Positions 37,120-45,319 of a DNA stretch of 45,319 bases are shown in pieces (position 1 is the stretch's first letter; each line of letters begins with the position of its first letter). The notes under the pieces are model-generated. The model saw only the letters and a list, made by a program, of their open reading frames with translations. It ran no database searches and was not told the DNA's origin. Source of the stretch: an uncultured Gammaproteobacteria bacterium (GTDB lineage Bacteria > Patescibacteriota > Microgenomatia > Levybacterales > UBA12049); contig CAYILI010000002.1 of assembly GCA_964364105.1 (NCBI GenBank), positions 1-45,319 on the forward strand. Direction: 5' to 3'. Both the position numbers and the translations under genes were made by a program.

Positions 37120-38351
37120 TATGCGGAGATATTTAAATTACTATTTTTCTGAAATTCTCTTCTTTTTACAACAGGCACATATAATAAGTAATAATCCTTC
37201 TTGCCATTTCTTCTAGAAATTACTTTCTTGGAAATCTCATTAAAAAAGTTCCATGAAAGAATAACTACATTTAATTTATTTTTTTCATTTCTGATTTCGT
37301 CAGGAGGTTTTATAGTAATGTTCATTCCTGGAGTTTTAAAATTCCACTTAAGTTCATTATCATCTACTATATAATCGAGCTTTAATTTAAAGAAATTTAA
37401 CATTGTATTTCCTTTTGCAGATGCTCCGTACCCTATCACTTTTTCATTATTATGTTTTAATTTCTTTATTAAAGTATTCATATCTTTTTTATTTTTATTT
37501 ATTCTTTTAGAGAAATCTATATATGTTTTTTCAGAATACAGCCCAAGTTTTTTTTCCTCTTTAATTAAATTTTCAACTTTCATACTTTCTCTCCCAGTTT
37601 TTTTTAAAAAGAATCTTATGCTTCCACCGTGAATTTGAGTCTCATTAACGTCAACTATTACTAGGTTCATTCTATCCGAAAGAGTTTTAAATGAATTTAC
37701 TAAAAAATAAGAAAGATGCTCATGATAAACCGTATCAAACTCATTATGAGATATCATTTTTTGTGCATACGGAAATTCTATTATTATGATTCCATCTTCA
37801 TCTATAGCTGTAACGCTGTACTTAAGAAACAAGTCTATTCTATTTACATGAGCAAAAACATTAGTTGCTGTAATTATGTCAATTTTTCCTTTATATTTTT
37901 TTGCAATCTTATCTGACCAATAATCTACGATAACTGGAATTTTTTTCTTTTTTGTAATTTGTCTTAGATTTTCTGCAGGGTCTACCCCAAACACATCGCA
38001 CCCTAAATCTCTAAAATATTCAAGCTGAGTTCCATCGTTACATGCAATATCTAAAACTTTTGGTTTTTTTGCTTTAACTCTTTTTATAGCATCCTCTGCA
38101 AGATCTTTCGTATGATTCCTAAAAGACTCTGTAGTTCCACTAACATATAAATAATTTTTAAACATCGTAGGAGGATTTACCACTACACTTAATTGCGAGT
38201 GGAAACAATTCCTGCAAATCATTACTTTCAAGGGATATTTTCTTAGCTTCTCTCCTTTATGAAAACTATTCGCAAGGGGCTGAAGACCTAGGTCAAGATA
38301 AAGTTTTAACTTCTTTTCTCCACAACATCTGCATTCATTAATTTTCTTCAT
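37119..38351 (-). CDS. NDP-sugar C-methyltransferase-like SAM-dependent methyltransferase
   Basis: N-terminal Cys4 zinc ribbon (CRCCG..CRNCFHSQL), a class I MTase core (VLDIACNDG) and a C-terminal domain. The track starts at 38378. The ATG at 38351 abuts the upstream stop. Confidence 0.7.
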   Translation of the reverse strand: MKKINECRCCGEKKLKLYLDLGLQPLANSFHKGEKLRKYPLKVMICRNCFHSQLSVVVNPPTMFKNYLYVSGTTESFRNHTKDLAEDAIKRVKAKKPKVLDIACNDGTQLEYFRDLGCDVFGVDPAENLRQITKKKKIPVIVDYWSDKIAKKYKGKIDIITATNVFAHVNRIDLFLKYSVTAIDEDGIIIIEFPYAQKMISHNEFDTVYHEHLSYFLVNSFKTLSDRMNLVIVDVNETQIHGGSIRFFLKKTGRESMKVENLIKEEKKLGLYSEKTYIDFSKRINKNKKDMNTLIKKLKHNNEKVIGYGASAKGNTMLNFFKLKLDYIVDDNELKWNFKTPGMNITIKPPDEIRNEKNKLNVVILSWNFFNEISKKVISRRNGKKDYYLLYVPVVKRREFQKNSNLNISA

Positions 38352-38352
38352 A

Positions 38353-39234
38353 TTAAATCCGCTCCGACTGATGGGCATCTTTAAAATTTATCATCAAGTC
38401 TTCAATTATCGAATCCGCACTGTCTTTAAATCTAAAATTAAATTTCTTTTCAAATTTTTCGGTATTTATAGAAAAGTTATATGATTTCGAAGGCTTTGTA
38501 ATTTCAAGATCAGATTTTGTATTTTTTACCACAGATTTTGCAATTTGTAAAATTGTAGCATTAAAGCTTGCTAAGTTATAAATTCCTGGTTTTGGCTTTA
38601 CAGAAGTTATTCTATAAACTGCCCTACTTAAATCATTTATTCCAAGTATTGGTCTATGAAAATCAGGATTTGAAACAATAATTTTTCTTTTTTCGATTCC
38701 TGTTTTATACATTTTATTTATCATTAGATCCACTCTTAAATTCGGGGAAAAGCCATTTACAGTACCAAATCTTAATCCATAAATGTCTTTATTTGATAGA
38801 TGCGCATAATAATCAATTTCTTTTTTTGTTAAATCGTAAAAAGTGGATGGAACATATCTATCATATGTTTCATCGACATATGAATTCTTAGTATCTCCAT
38901 AAACGCTTGAAGAGCTTGCATAGATAAATTTCTGATCCTCTATTTTCTCTAGTAAGTTTATAAAATTAACAACGTTATTATTAAAGCTGTCAAACATTTT
39001 ATCCTCACACATCTTTACACTTGAATACCCTGCGAGGAGAATTATATTTTTGAAATTTTTGAGATATTTTTTTGTTAGAAGATTGTAATTCTCTTTTTTA
39101 TTTTTTGGATTTGTAAAATTACCAAATAATTCAAGATCAACTGTATGAACATCATGGTCTTTGTTTTTTAGAAAAGTATAAAGATAACTTCCTATATACC
39201 CACACCCGCCAATAATTAATGTCTTATCACTCAC
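38353..39234 (-). CDS. NAD-dependent epimerase/dehydratase (SDR) family protein
   Basis: Rossmann motif IIGGCGYIGSYL. YxxxK region present (YDLTKKE). Confidence 0.8.
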   Translation of the reverse strand: MSDKTLIIGGCGYIGSYLYTFLKNKDHDVHTVDLELFGNFTNPKNKKENYNLLTKKYLKNFKNIILLAGYSSVKMCEDKMFDSFNNNVVNFINLLEKIEDQKFIYASSSSVYGDTKNSYVDETYDRYVPSTFYDLTKKEIDYYAHLSNKDIYGLRFGTVNGFSPNLRVDLMINKMYKTGIEKRKIIVSNPDFHRPILGINDLSRAVYRITSVKPKPGIYNLASFNATILQIAKSVVKNTKSDLEITKPSKSYNFSINTEKFEKKFNFRFKDSADSIIEDLMINFKDAHQSERI

Positions 39235-39262
39235 GAACCAAGATTATATCAGACAGAATTTT

Positions 39263-40480
39263 CTATTTAAAGATTTTATAGAGGAAATATAAAAGAAGAG
39301 GAAGTGTTGATAAAGATCCTAGTGTTGCAGCGATTCCAGCACCTACTATACCAAAGCTCAGAATAAGAGGATAAATTAATGCAATCATTACTAAGAATGC
39401 CAGAATGCTTATAAAAAAATTATATTTTTGTTTTTTAACAGCATAGAATATTGCCCCGCTTGGACTAAAAACTGCAGCTATAAATGCAAACACAGACATA
39501 ATCTGAAGTGCTCCTGCTGCTTCAATCCATTTTTCTCCTAGAAAAATTCTAATAAGTTCTATGGGAAAGAATATAAAAAGAAGAACTAAGGGAAGAGTCG
39601 CTGCAGCAATCGTAACTGTTGTTTTCATGTAGGCTCTCCTTAATCTTTTCTTATCTTCCGCAAACTGTACGTATACTGGAAAGGTTACCTTAGCGACCAC
39701 TTCAGCAAGCTCTGTCGTAGGAAGAAGCGCAATCGTATAAGCCATATCATATATTCCTAAAGAGGATGTCCCCAAGACACGACCCACCACTATATTATCT
39801 CCGTTTCCAAATAAGTAACCAAAAATTCCCGACGAAGTTATCCATTTACTGTGCGAGATTATGTCTTTAAAAATATTTTTTTCAAAATTAAATCTTGGCC
39901 TAGGATTAACTACATAAAAAGAAACAATTACTTCAAAAATAGCTCCTCCGACTAACCCCCAGACTAGAGAAATTGGATCCCTGGTCACAACAACAAGAAG
40001 TAGAGATATTAAGGTTTCTACCAGAACAATGCTAATTCTGTAATAAAATTCTTTTTTAAAATTTAATTCTTTCTGAAATTTTGCAACTGATGGATTTATA
40101 AAACCTCTAATTAACGGGGCAAAAGAAATCAGCACTAGAAGGTTATATGCATCCTGGGATTTAAAAAATGCCGCAACTAATCCTGCAGATAAAAAGATTG
40201 CTAAAAATATCAGTATTCCTCTGGCAATAGATATAATCCACGCTGTATTAATATATTCCTCAATATTTTCTTTCCTCTGAACTAAAACAACGTTAATTCC
40301 CGTTTCTGTAAGAGTCTCAATAAGAGAAAGCATCAAGGTGGCGATTCCAAACACACCAAACTGAGAAGGAGAGAGAATTCTGGCGATTATTATCGTTCTA
40401 AAAACCGATGACCCTCTTGAAAAAAACTTTAGGGCTCCTATCCATGAGACACCAATAACTGCAGTTCTTAAATAACCCAC
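39263..40480 (-). CDS. Oligosaccharide/polysaccharide flippase (Wzx-like, MOP superfamily)
   Basis: 405 aa, about 12 TM segments, N terminus typical of polysaccharide biosynthesis flippases. Confidence 0.7.
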   Translation of the reverse strand: MGYLRTAVIGVSWIGALKFFSRGSSVFRTIIIARILSPSQFGVFGIATLMLSLIETLTETGINVVLVQRKENIEEYINTAWIISIARGILIFLAIFLSAGLVAAFFKSQDAYNLLVLISFAPLIRGFINPSVAKFQKELNFKKEFYYRISIVLVETLISLLLVVVTRDPISLVWGLVGGAIFEVIVSFYVVNPRPRFNFEKNIFKDIISHSKWITSSGIFGYLFGNGDNIVVGRVLGTSSLGIYDMAYTIALLPTTELAEVVAKVTFPVYVQFAEDKKRLRRAYMKTTVTIAAATLPLVLLFIFFPIELIRIFLGEKWIEAAGALQIMSVFAFIAAVFSPSGAIFYAVKKQKYNFFISILAFLVMIALIYPLILSFGIVGAGIAATLGSLSTLPLLLYFLYKIFK

Positions 40481-40500
40481 AGAATAATTATAACAGGCAA

Positions 40501-43047
40501 TTATTTTTTATACACTGTAATTGTTAAAGGAGATGAATCTAGCCCAGCGCCAGTATAATTTTTATCGTTTACCAGAAGCCATTTAGTGTCTTTTTTAAAC
40601 TCTTTAATTATTTTATATTTTTCTTTAATAAGGCGGTTAACTAAATTTCTCTTCGGAGAATTAAACAGAATTTCTCCCTCTACTTTATGATTTGTAATTA
40701 CAATTATACCTGGGAGCTTCTTAGTTTTTGCGTCAATTATTTCATAATTAAATTCATTTTTAATCCCAACACCATACTCTTTAAAATAAAATTCTTTTTG
40801 TAATTTATCTGGTATGTTTTGATAAATTGGAATATTTTCAAGTCCGATTACTGATTCAGCTGGAATATTTTGTGATATCCACTCAGATGACTTCTCCTGA
40901 ATACTCTTAGTATATTTTGTTTCTATCCACGCTAGGGAAAAATAAATCTGCGTTAGTATAATGAGAATTAAAATTAAATTGGACAGAATCTTAAATTTAC
41001 CTCTCTTGCTCCATAATCTCCATGCAATAGAAATTATTAATACAAAAAAAGGAAGGAGTACTAACGCTCTATTCCCCCCTGCATATGCCTTGAGAGTTAC
41101 TAGGCTAAATAGAAAAAGAAAAAATGAAACGGCAATAAATATTTCTAATTTGTACTCTTTAAGAGATTTTTTTAATCCAGTTTTTAAAAATGAAAGAATT
41201 AAAAATGATAAAGAGAAAGAAAATAAAGTTACCAAACCAAAACCAAAGATTATTGCATAGTGTTTAATGAAAACATATAAAACTATATTCCCTCCTCCTC
41301 TCACATTTTCTGTTGCTGCTGGAAATATAACCAGGTTTTCATAAAGATATCTATAAATATTTCCAGTACCAAACAGGGTATCGGGAAATCCAAATAAAAC
41401 TGCGGTAATAAAAACAGAAAGTAATCCTAGAATCATGTATTTAAAGTTTTTGATTCTTTCACTCTGAAACCAAAAATACGAAAAAAAGTACATTGGAATT
41501 AAAGGCAAAACGCTTATCTTAACTGCCAATGCCATCCCAATCGGAATAGCTGCAGTCACGTAATTTGTATTACTCGGGTTTTTGGAAAATCTAAGCATAA
41601 AAAATATACTTAAAAGTATGAAAAACATTAATGCGATATCGTACTTAAAATAACCGCTAAGCATTAGCCAAAGCGGATTAAATGTAAAAAGAGTAACAGT
41701 TAATCGCTTGGGAAGATTTATAAAGCCTGCAATTCTATAAACTAATGCTATAGATAGAATTCCCCAAATAATCGTGTTGATTCGAAGTAATACGAAAATA
41801 TTTTGCCTAGCGATTAGATCATCAATTTTTAATTCAAAAGGATTTATTAAACCCAACAAAGTAAAAGGAATCAAATAAAATCCAGAAAGAATAAAGTGAA
41901 GCATGGTGCCATTTGCTGAACCTTCTATGTTTGGGGTTCCGTATGCAAACGTAGACCTCACAGCCTGAAGCTGATGCCATTCATCCATATGATATGGAAA
42001 TGGATGGAAAAGATTTGGAATTCCATAATTAATAGTTATAAGCATTAATGAGACGTAAATTAATAGCACAAATATGAGATATTTATTATTTTTCAAACTT
42101 AAAATAATCTTATTCAGATTAAATCTTTTAAAAATTCCAAACGTCGTACCCATCAAGACCGCAATGTCCGAAGTAACCTGAAGTAGAGGTAAAACAAATA
42201 TAGCTCTTTTGTCTCTTACGTACTTATAGTTTTTTAAAACTGCCCATATGAAATATATTGGAATAAAAATTAAGAAAATTAGCAGTCCCTCTATTGATCG
42301 CTCCAACAAACAAAGAAATAAAAAATAAAATCCTATAAAGTATCTTAAGTAAATTAAAGGAACTTGCGGTCTAATAAATAGTGCCCTTCCATCCCCTTTT
42401 GCATAGTTTAGAAATTGAAAAAATGCCTCTCTCAAGCTATTTTTCTGCTCCCAAAAAACCACCGCACTCTTAACAAACTTAAATCTTGTACCTTTTTCTC
42501 TTAAATTTTTAGCAAATACCAGATCTTCACAAGTATCAAGCCACTCGGGATATTTATTTTTCCCCCATATTTTTTTTCTAAAAGCTATTGAGCGTGAAGA
42601 AGGTAAGAATTCATTTTCATTTATTTTGTCAGGCATTACACATGTGTATGCGGACAAACATTTTTTAAATATATTTCCAGTAACTGGTTTATAAAAACCT
42701 GAAACCACATCTACTTCCAGGTCTTCAAATGGTGCAGAAATATTCTTAACCCAATTTTTATCAAGACTGCAACCAAAATCTGTTGCAAGAATTATTTCAT
42801 TTGAAGAATTTTTAACAGCAAAATTCCGGCCTACTGATCTATTACCTGTTTTTTTAAGCAATTTTATTTCTATTTTTTTATGATTTTTTTTAATTACACT
42901 CAGGATTTTTTCAACTGTTTTATCCTTACTTCCTCCATCCACAATTATTAATTCGTCCGGAAAACTTGTCTGCAAAAATAAAGACTTAAAAAACTTCTCA
43001 ACACTTTTTTCTTCGTTTAGAACAGTCGTAATTAGAGTAGTTTTCAT
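40501..43047 (-). CDS. Fusion protein: N-terminal GT2 glycosyltransferase plus large ArnT/PMT-like polytopic domain
   Basis: 848 aa. TTVLNEEKSVEKFF..LIIVDGGSKDKT (GT2), then more than 12 TM segments and a soluble C-terminal domain. Confidence 0.7.
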   Translation of the reverse strand: MKTTLITTVLNEEKSVEKFFKSLFLQTSFPDELIIVDGGSKDKTVEKILSVIKKNHKKIEIKLLKKTGNRSVGRNFAVKNSSNEIILATDFGCSLDKNWVKNISAPFEDLEVDVVSGFYKPVTGNIFKKCLSAYTCVMPDKINENEFLPSSRSIAFRKKIWGKNKYPEWLDTCEDLVFAKNLREKGTRFKFVKSAVVFWEQKNSLREAFFQFLNYAKGDGRALFIRPQVPLIYLRYFIGFYFLFLCLLERSIEGLLIFLIFIPIYFIWAVLKNYKYVRDKRAIFVLPLLQVTSDIAVLMGTTFGIFKRFNLNKIILSLKNNKYLIFVLLIYVSLMLITINYGIPNLFHPFPYHMDEWHQLQAVRSTFAYGTPNIEGSANGTMLHFILSGFYLIPFTLLGLINPFELKIDDLIARQNIFVLLRINTIIWGILSIALVYRIAGFINLPKRLTVTLFTFNPLWLMLSGYFKYDIALMFFILLSIFFMLRFSKNPSNTNYVTAAIPIGMALAVKISVLPLIPMYFFSYFWFQSERIKNFKYMILGLLSVFITAVLFGFPDTLFGTGNIYRYLYENLVIFPAATENVRGGGNIVLYVFIKHYAIIFGFGLVTLFSFSLSFLILSFLKTGLKKSLKEYKLEIFIAVSFFLFLFSLVTLKAYAGGNRALVLLPFFVLIISIAWRLWSKRGKFKILSNLILILIILTQIYFSLAWIETKYTKSIQEKSSEWISQNIPAESVIGLENIPIYQNIPDKLQKEFYFKEYGVGIKNEFNYEIIDAKTKKLPGIIVITNHKVEGEILFNSPKRNLVNRLIKEKYKIIKEFKKDTKWLLVNDKNYTGAGLDSSPLTITVYKK

Positions 43048-43077
43048 TATTGATTCGACGGGATACGGAGGACAGTT

Positions 43078-44043
43078 TTATTTTCCAAGCTCTTTATGTA
43101 CAAATTTATTAATAACACTCATCCCTTCAAGAGGAGTTACTTTTGCTTTCCATTTAAGCTCTTTTTGGGCCTTTGAGTAATCACAAAATCTTCCCCTAAC
43201 ACCTTGTATTTTATTTAGTTGATGCTGCTTTTTAACACTTATTCCTTCAATTTTACATATGATATCAACTAACTCGTTTATACTTACGTGGTCTGATGTT
43301 CCGATATTTACAGGATCTTTTATACTGGAGCTCATGAGCTTATAGATGGCTTCTACACAGTCGTCAATGTAACAAAATGATCTCACCTGTTTACCGTCTC
43401 CCCAAATCTTAACTGTACCCCCCTGACCCGCCTCGATAACTTTTCTAGTTAGTGCCATTGGCGCTTTTGATCTTAACGTATCGATTAAACATTCAGCGCC
43501 ATATATATTAAAAAACCTAGCAATTCGCACTTCAAGTCCATGATCTGCTTCGTAGGACTTATACATTCTTTCAGAAAATAATTTTTCCCATCCGTACTCA
43601 CTATCTGGATTAGCTGGGTATACATCACTTTCTTTTAAAGGTTTTGAATCTATTTCTGTTTGTTTATTTTCGGGATAAACACATGCTGAGGAGGAATAAA
43701 ACAGTCTCTTAACACCAGACCTGACTGACGCTTCTGCTGTATTAAGATTAATTAGAGCGTTGTCACGAAGTAAATCTGCTTTATTTGTGATCGTGTACTC
43801 TATACTTCCATTCTGAGCGGCAAGAGCATAAACCTTAGATACTCCTTCAGTTGCTTCAATCGCATTCCTAAAATCTCTTAAATCTAAAATTCTAAAATCA
43901 TTAAAATCTGAAAGATCGGAAAACTGAGGATAAACTATATCTACGCCTCTTACAAAATATCCTTTTCTTTTAAGAAACCTAGCCAAATGATGACCTATGA
44001 AACCGCCTGCCCCAGTAACCAAAACCTTTTCTTGTTTTTTCAT
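43078..44043 (-). CDS. NAD-dependent sugar-nucleotide epimerase, GDP-mannose 3,5-epimerase-like
   Basis: VLVTGAGGFIGHHLA, SSACVYPE..LKESD..PANPDSEYGWEKL, WGDGKQVRSFCYIDDCVE and GVRGR track my recollection of GDP-mannose 3,5-epimerase. Confidence 0.7.
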   Translation of the reverse strand: MKKQEKVLVTGAGGFIGHHLARFLKRKGYFVRGVDIVYPQFSDLSDFNDFRILDLRDFRNAIEATEGVSKVYALAAQNGSIEYTITNKADLLRDNALINLNTAEASVRSGVKRLFYSSSACVYPENKQTEIDSKPLKESDVYPANPDSEYGWEKLFSERMYKSYEADHGLEVRIARFFNIYGAECLIDTLRSKAPMALTRKVIEAGQGGTVKIWGDGKQVRSFCYIDDCVEAIYKLMSSSIKDPVNIGTSDHVSINELVDIICKIEGISVKKQHQLNKIQGVRGRFCDYSKAQKELKWKAKVTPLEGMSVINKFVHKELGK

Positions 44044-44106
44044 TTGCTTTGTAAGATGTGAACTATATTAACACATGAATTTAACGTTAACAACGCTTGA
44101 GGATTT

Positions 44107-45015
44107 TTAAATATTAAAAAAATGTTTAATCTTTTTAACTTTGTATTTAGTAAATAGTCCTACGTAATCTTTGGGAGAATAATAAAGACTTAATATTGAG
44201 ACAATAATTTTAGTTAAGGGGTTGCCCCCTCTACAAATCCTTGCAGCTTCGCACGCCTTCGTATAAGCTTGTGGCTTAATTTTTACGATTTGAGGAGGGA
44301 GATCTGGTGATGAAAAAAGTTTATTGATAATTCTAATGTGGCCTAGTGCCATATCTAAGCCCTTGTGTCTTAGGGTAGCTGCGCCTTTGTGAGTTCTAAA
44401 TGTTGAAAGAAATTTTGGAATTCTTACAAAGTCCCCTAAAAGCGCAGCTCTAAGTATAAAATCAAAGTCTCCAACATATTTAAATCTATCATCTCTTTTT
44501 TTTAATTTTCTTATTACTTTTTTTCTGAAAAATGTTGCAGGCCCTGGAGTCATACTATGCATCTTTACCATATATTCAAAGCTATACTCAGGGGTTACTA
44601 CTTTTTCTATTTTCTTTCCTTTTTCATCAATCTTAATCCAATCTGGATACGCGCCAATTGCTTTTGGATTCTTTCTCATTGCCCTTACAATTTCTTTAAT
44701 TGCTCCAGGAAGAAGTGGGTCATCTGAATTTACAACCCCTATTATTTCGCCATTTGCCATCCTAAAGCCTTTATTGACCGCATATTGCTCTCCCCTGTTC
44801 TTATGAGAGTCAAAAATTAATTTATTTTCAAATTCACTAACAACATCCTTAGTGTTATCAGATGAATTTCCGTCAAGAATAATGTATTCAATATTTTTGT
44901 AATCCTGACTTAAAACGCTTTTTATTGTTTCTCTCAAAAAAGCCGCTCTGTTGTAAGTTGGAGTAATCACAGAGACCAATGGCATATTTTTGATTTTCTT
45001 TTTCGGCTGTTTCAT
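44107..45015 (-). CDS. Family 2 glycosyltransferase
   Basis: VSVITPTYNRAAFLRETIKSVLSQDYKNIEYIILDGNSSDNT..NSDD. Confidence 0.85.
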   Translation of the reverse strand: MKQPKKKIKNMPLVSVITPTYNRAAFLRETIKSVLSQDYKNIEYIILDGNSSDNTKDVVSEFENKLIFDSHKNRGEQYAVNKGFRMANGEIIGVVNSDDPLLPGAIKEIVRAMRKNPKAIGAYPDWIKIDEKGKKIEKVVTPEYSFEYMVKMHSMTPGPATFFRKKVIRKLKKRDDRFKYVGDFDFILRAALLGDFVRIPKFLSTFRTHKGAATLRHKGLDMALGHIRIINKLFSSPDLPPQIVKIKPQAYTKACEAARICRGGNPLTKIIVSILSLYYSPKDYVGLFTKYKVKKIKHFFNI

Positions 45016-45060
45016 GAGTGATATTATAATTTGTGAGTTTCTTTGTTACAATGCTAGAAA

Positions 45061-45319
45061 ATGAAAAAAAGTAAACCTTCCTGGACCCCCGATAGACCAG
45101 TTTCTAGTGGGGCGACTGCGTATCACATAGCAGTTGTCAACACTTCTTGGCACAAAGATAATATCAAAGAACTTATTAAAATAGTAAAAAACAAAACCCA
45201 AGCAAATGACGTTATTGTAGATTTTGGAGCTGGAACTGGGTCCTCAGCAATATACCTTCTTAAAAAACTTTCTATAGCTAAATTAGTACTAGTCGATAAT
45301 TCCCCATCTTGGCTTGGGC
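45061..45319 (+). CDS. Partial class I SAM-dependent methyltransferase (runs off window)
   Basis: Open from the ATG at 45061 to the window end. Contains motif I VDFGAGTGS. Not in the supplied track because it has no stop. Confidence 0.6.
   Translation, partial: MKKSKPSWTPDRPVSSGATAYHIAVVNTSWHKDNIKELIKIVKNKTQANDVIVDFGAGTGSSAIYLLKKLSIAKLVLVDNSPSWLG

Overview
AT-rich, tightly packed bacterial chromosomal window using the standard code (TGA ends polX, murT, gatD and gatA). Gene content and style suggest a small-genome, Patescibacteria/CPR-like organism, but that is inference only.

**Left part, 0-23.4 kb: housekeeping genes.**
- pyrG, tRNA-Gly(CCC), a LysM protein, tRNA-Asp(GUC), a small GIY-YIG protein, PolX, and LemA-HtpX.
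- MurT-GatD.
- A gatC / histidine phosphatase / gatA / gatB / GGDEF / dnaE string with overlapping or abutting junctions.
- A RAYT-type HUH/Y1 transposase precisely bracketed by 25-nt REP-like repeats.
- A complete F1Fo operon, atpBEFHAGDC.

**Right part, 28.4-45.0 kb: a minus-strand surface-glycan or protein-glycosylation locus.**
- O-antigen-ligase-like protein and several large ArnT/PMT-like multi-TM proteins.
- GT2, GT4 and GT17 transferases, and a GT2 fused to a multi-TM protein.
- Wzx-like flippase, NDP-sugar C-methyltransferase-like protein, two SDR epimerases (one GDP-mannose-3,5-epimerase-like).
- One decayed plus-strand paralog.

**Most unusual structure, 23.4-27.5 kb, between atpC and tRNA-Thr.**
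- The last ~20 nt of atpC coding sequence before its tail (CTCAAAGTCRCCCAACGCCG) recurs seven times in the same orientation.
- These copies cut the region into six cassette-like segments of about 0.2-1.6 kb.
- Each segment carries at most one ORF, on either strand: two orphans (one present twice in a 518-bp duplicate that matches everywhere I compared it), a displaced atpC 3' remnant, a methyltransferase-like protein, and a secreted metzincin-like protease.
- Every copy, read in the atpC frame, supplies its own short Arg/Pro/Ser-rich tail and stop codon.
- No recombinase is visible in the window.
- I read this as a gene-3'-end-targeted, integron-like cassette or tandem-integration array. That is the best candidate here for an undescribed system.

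All alignments were done by eye. No database searches or statistics were run.
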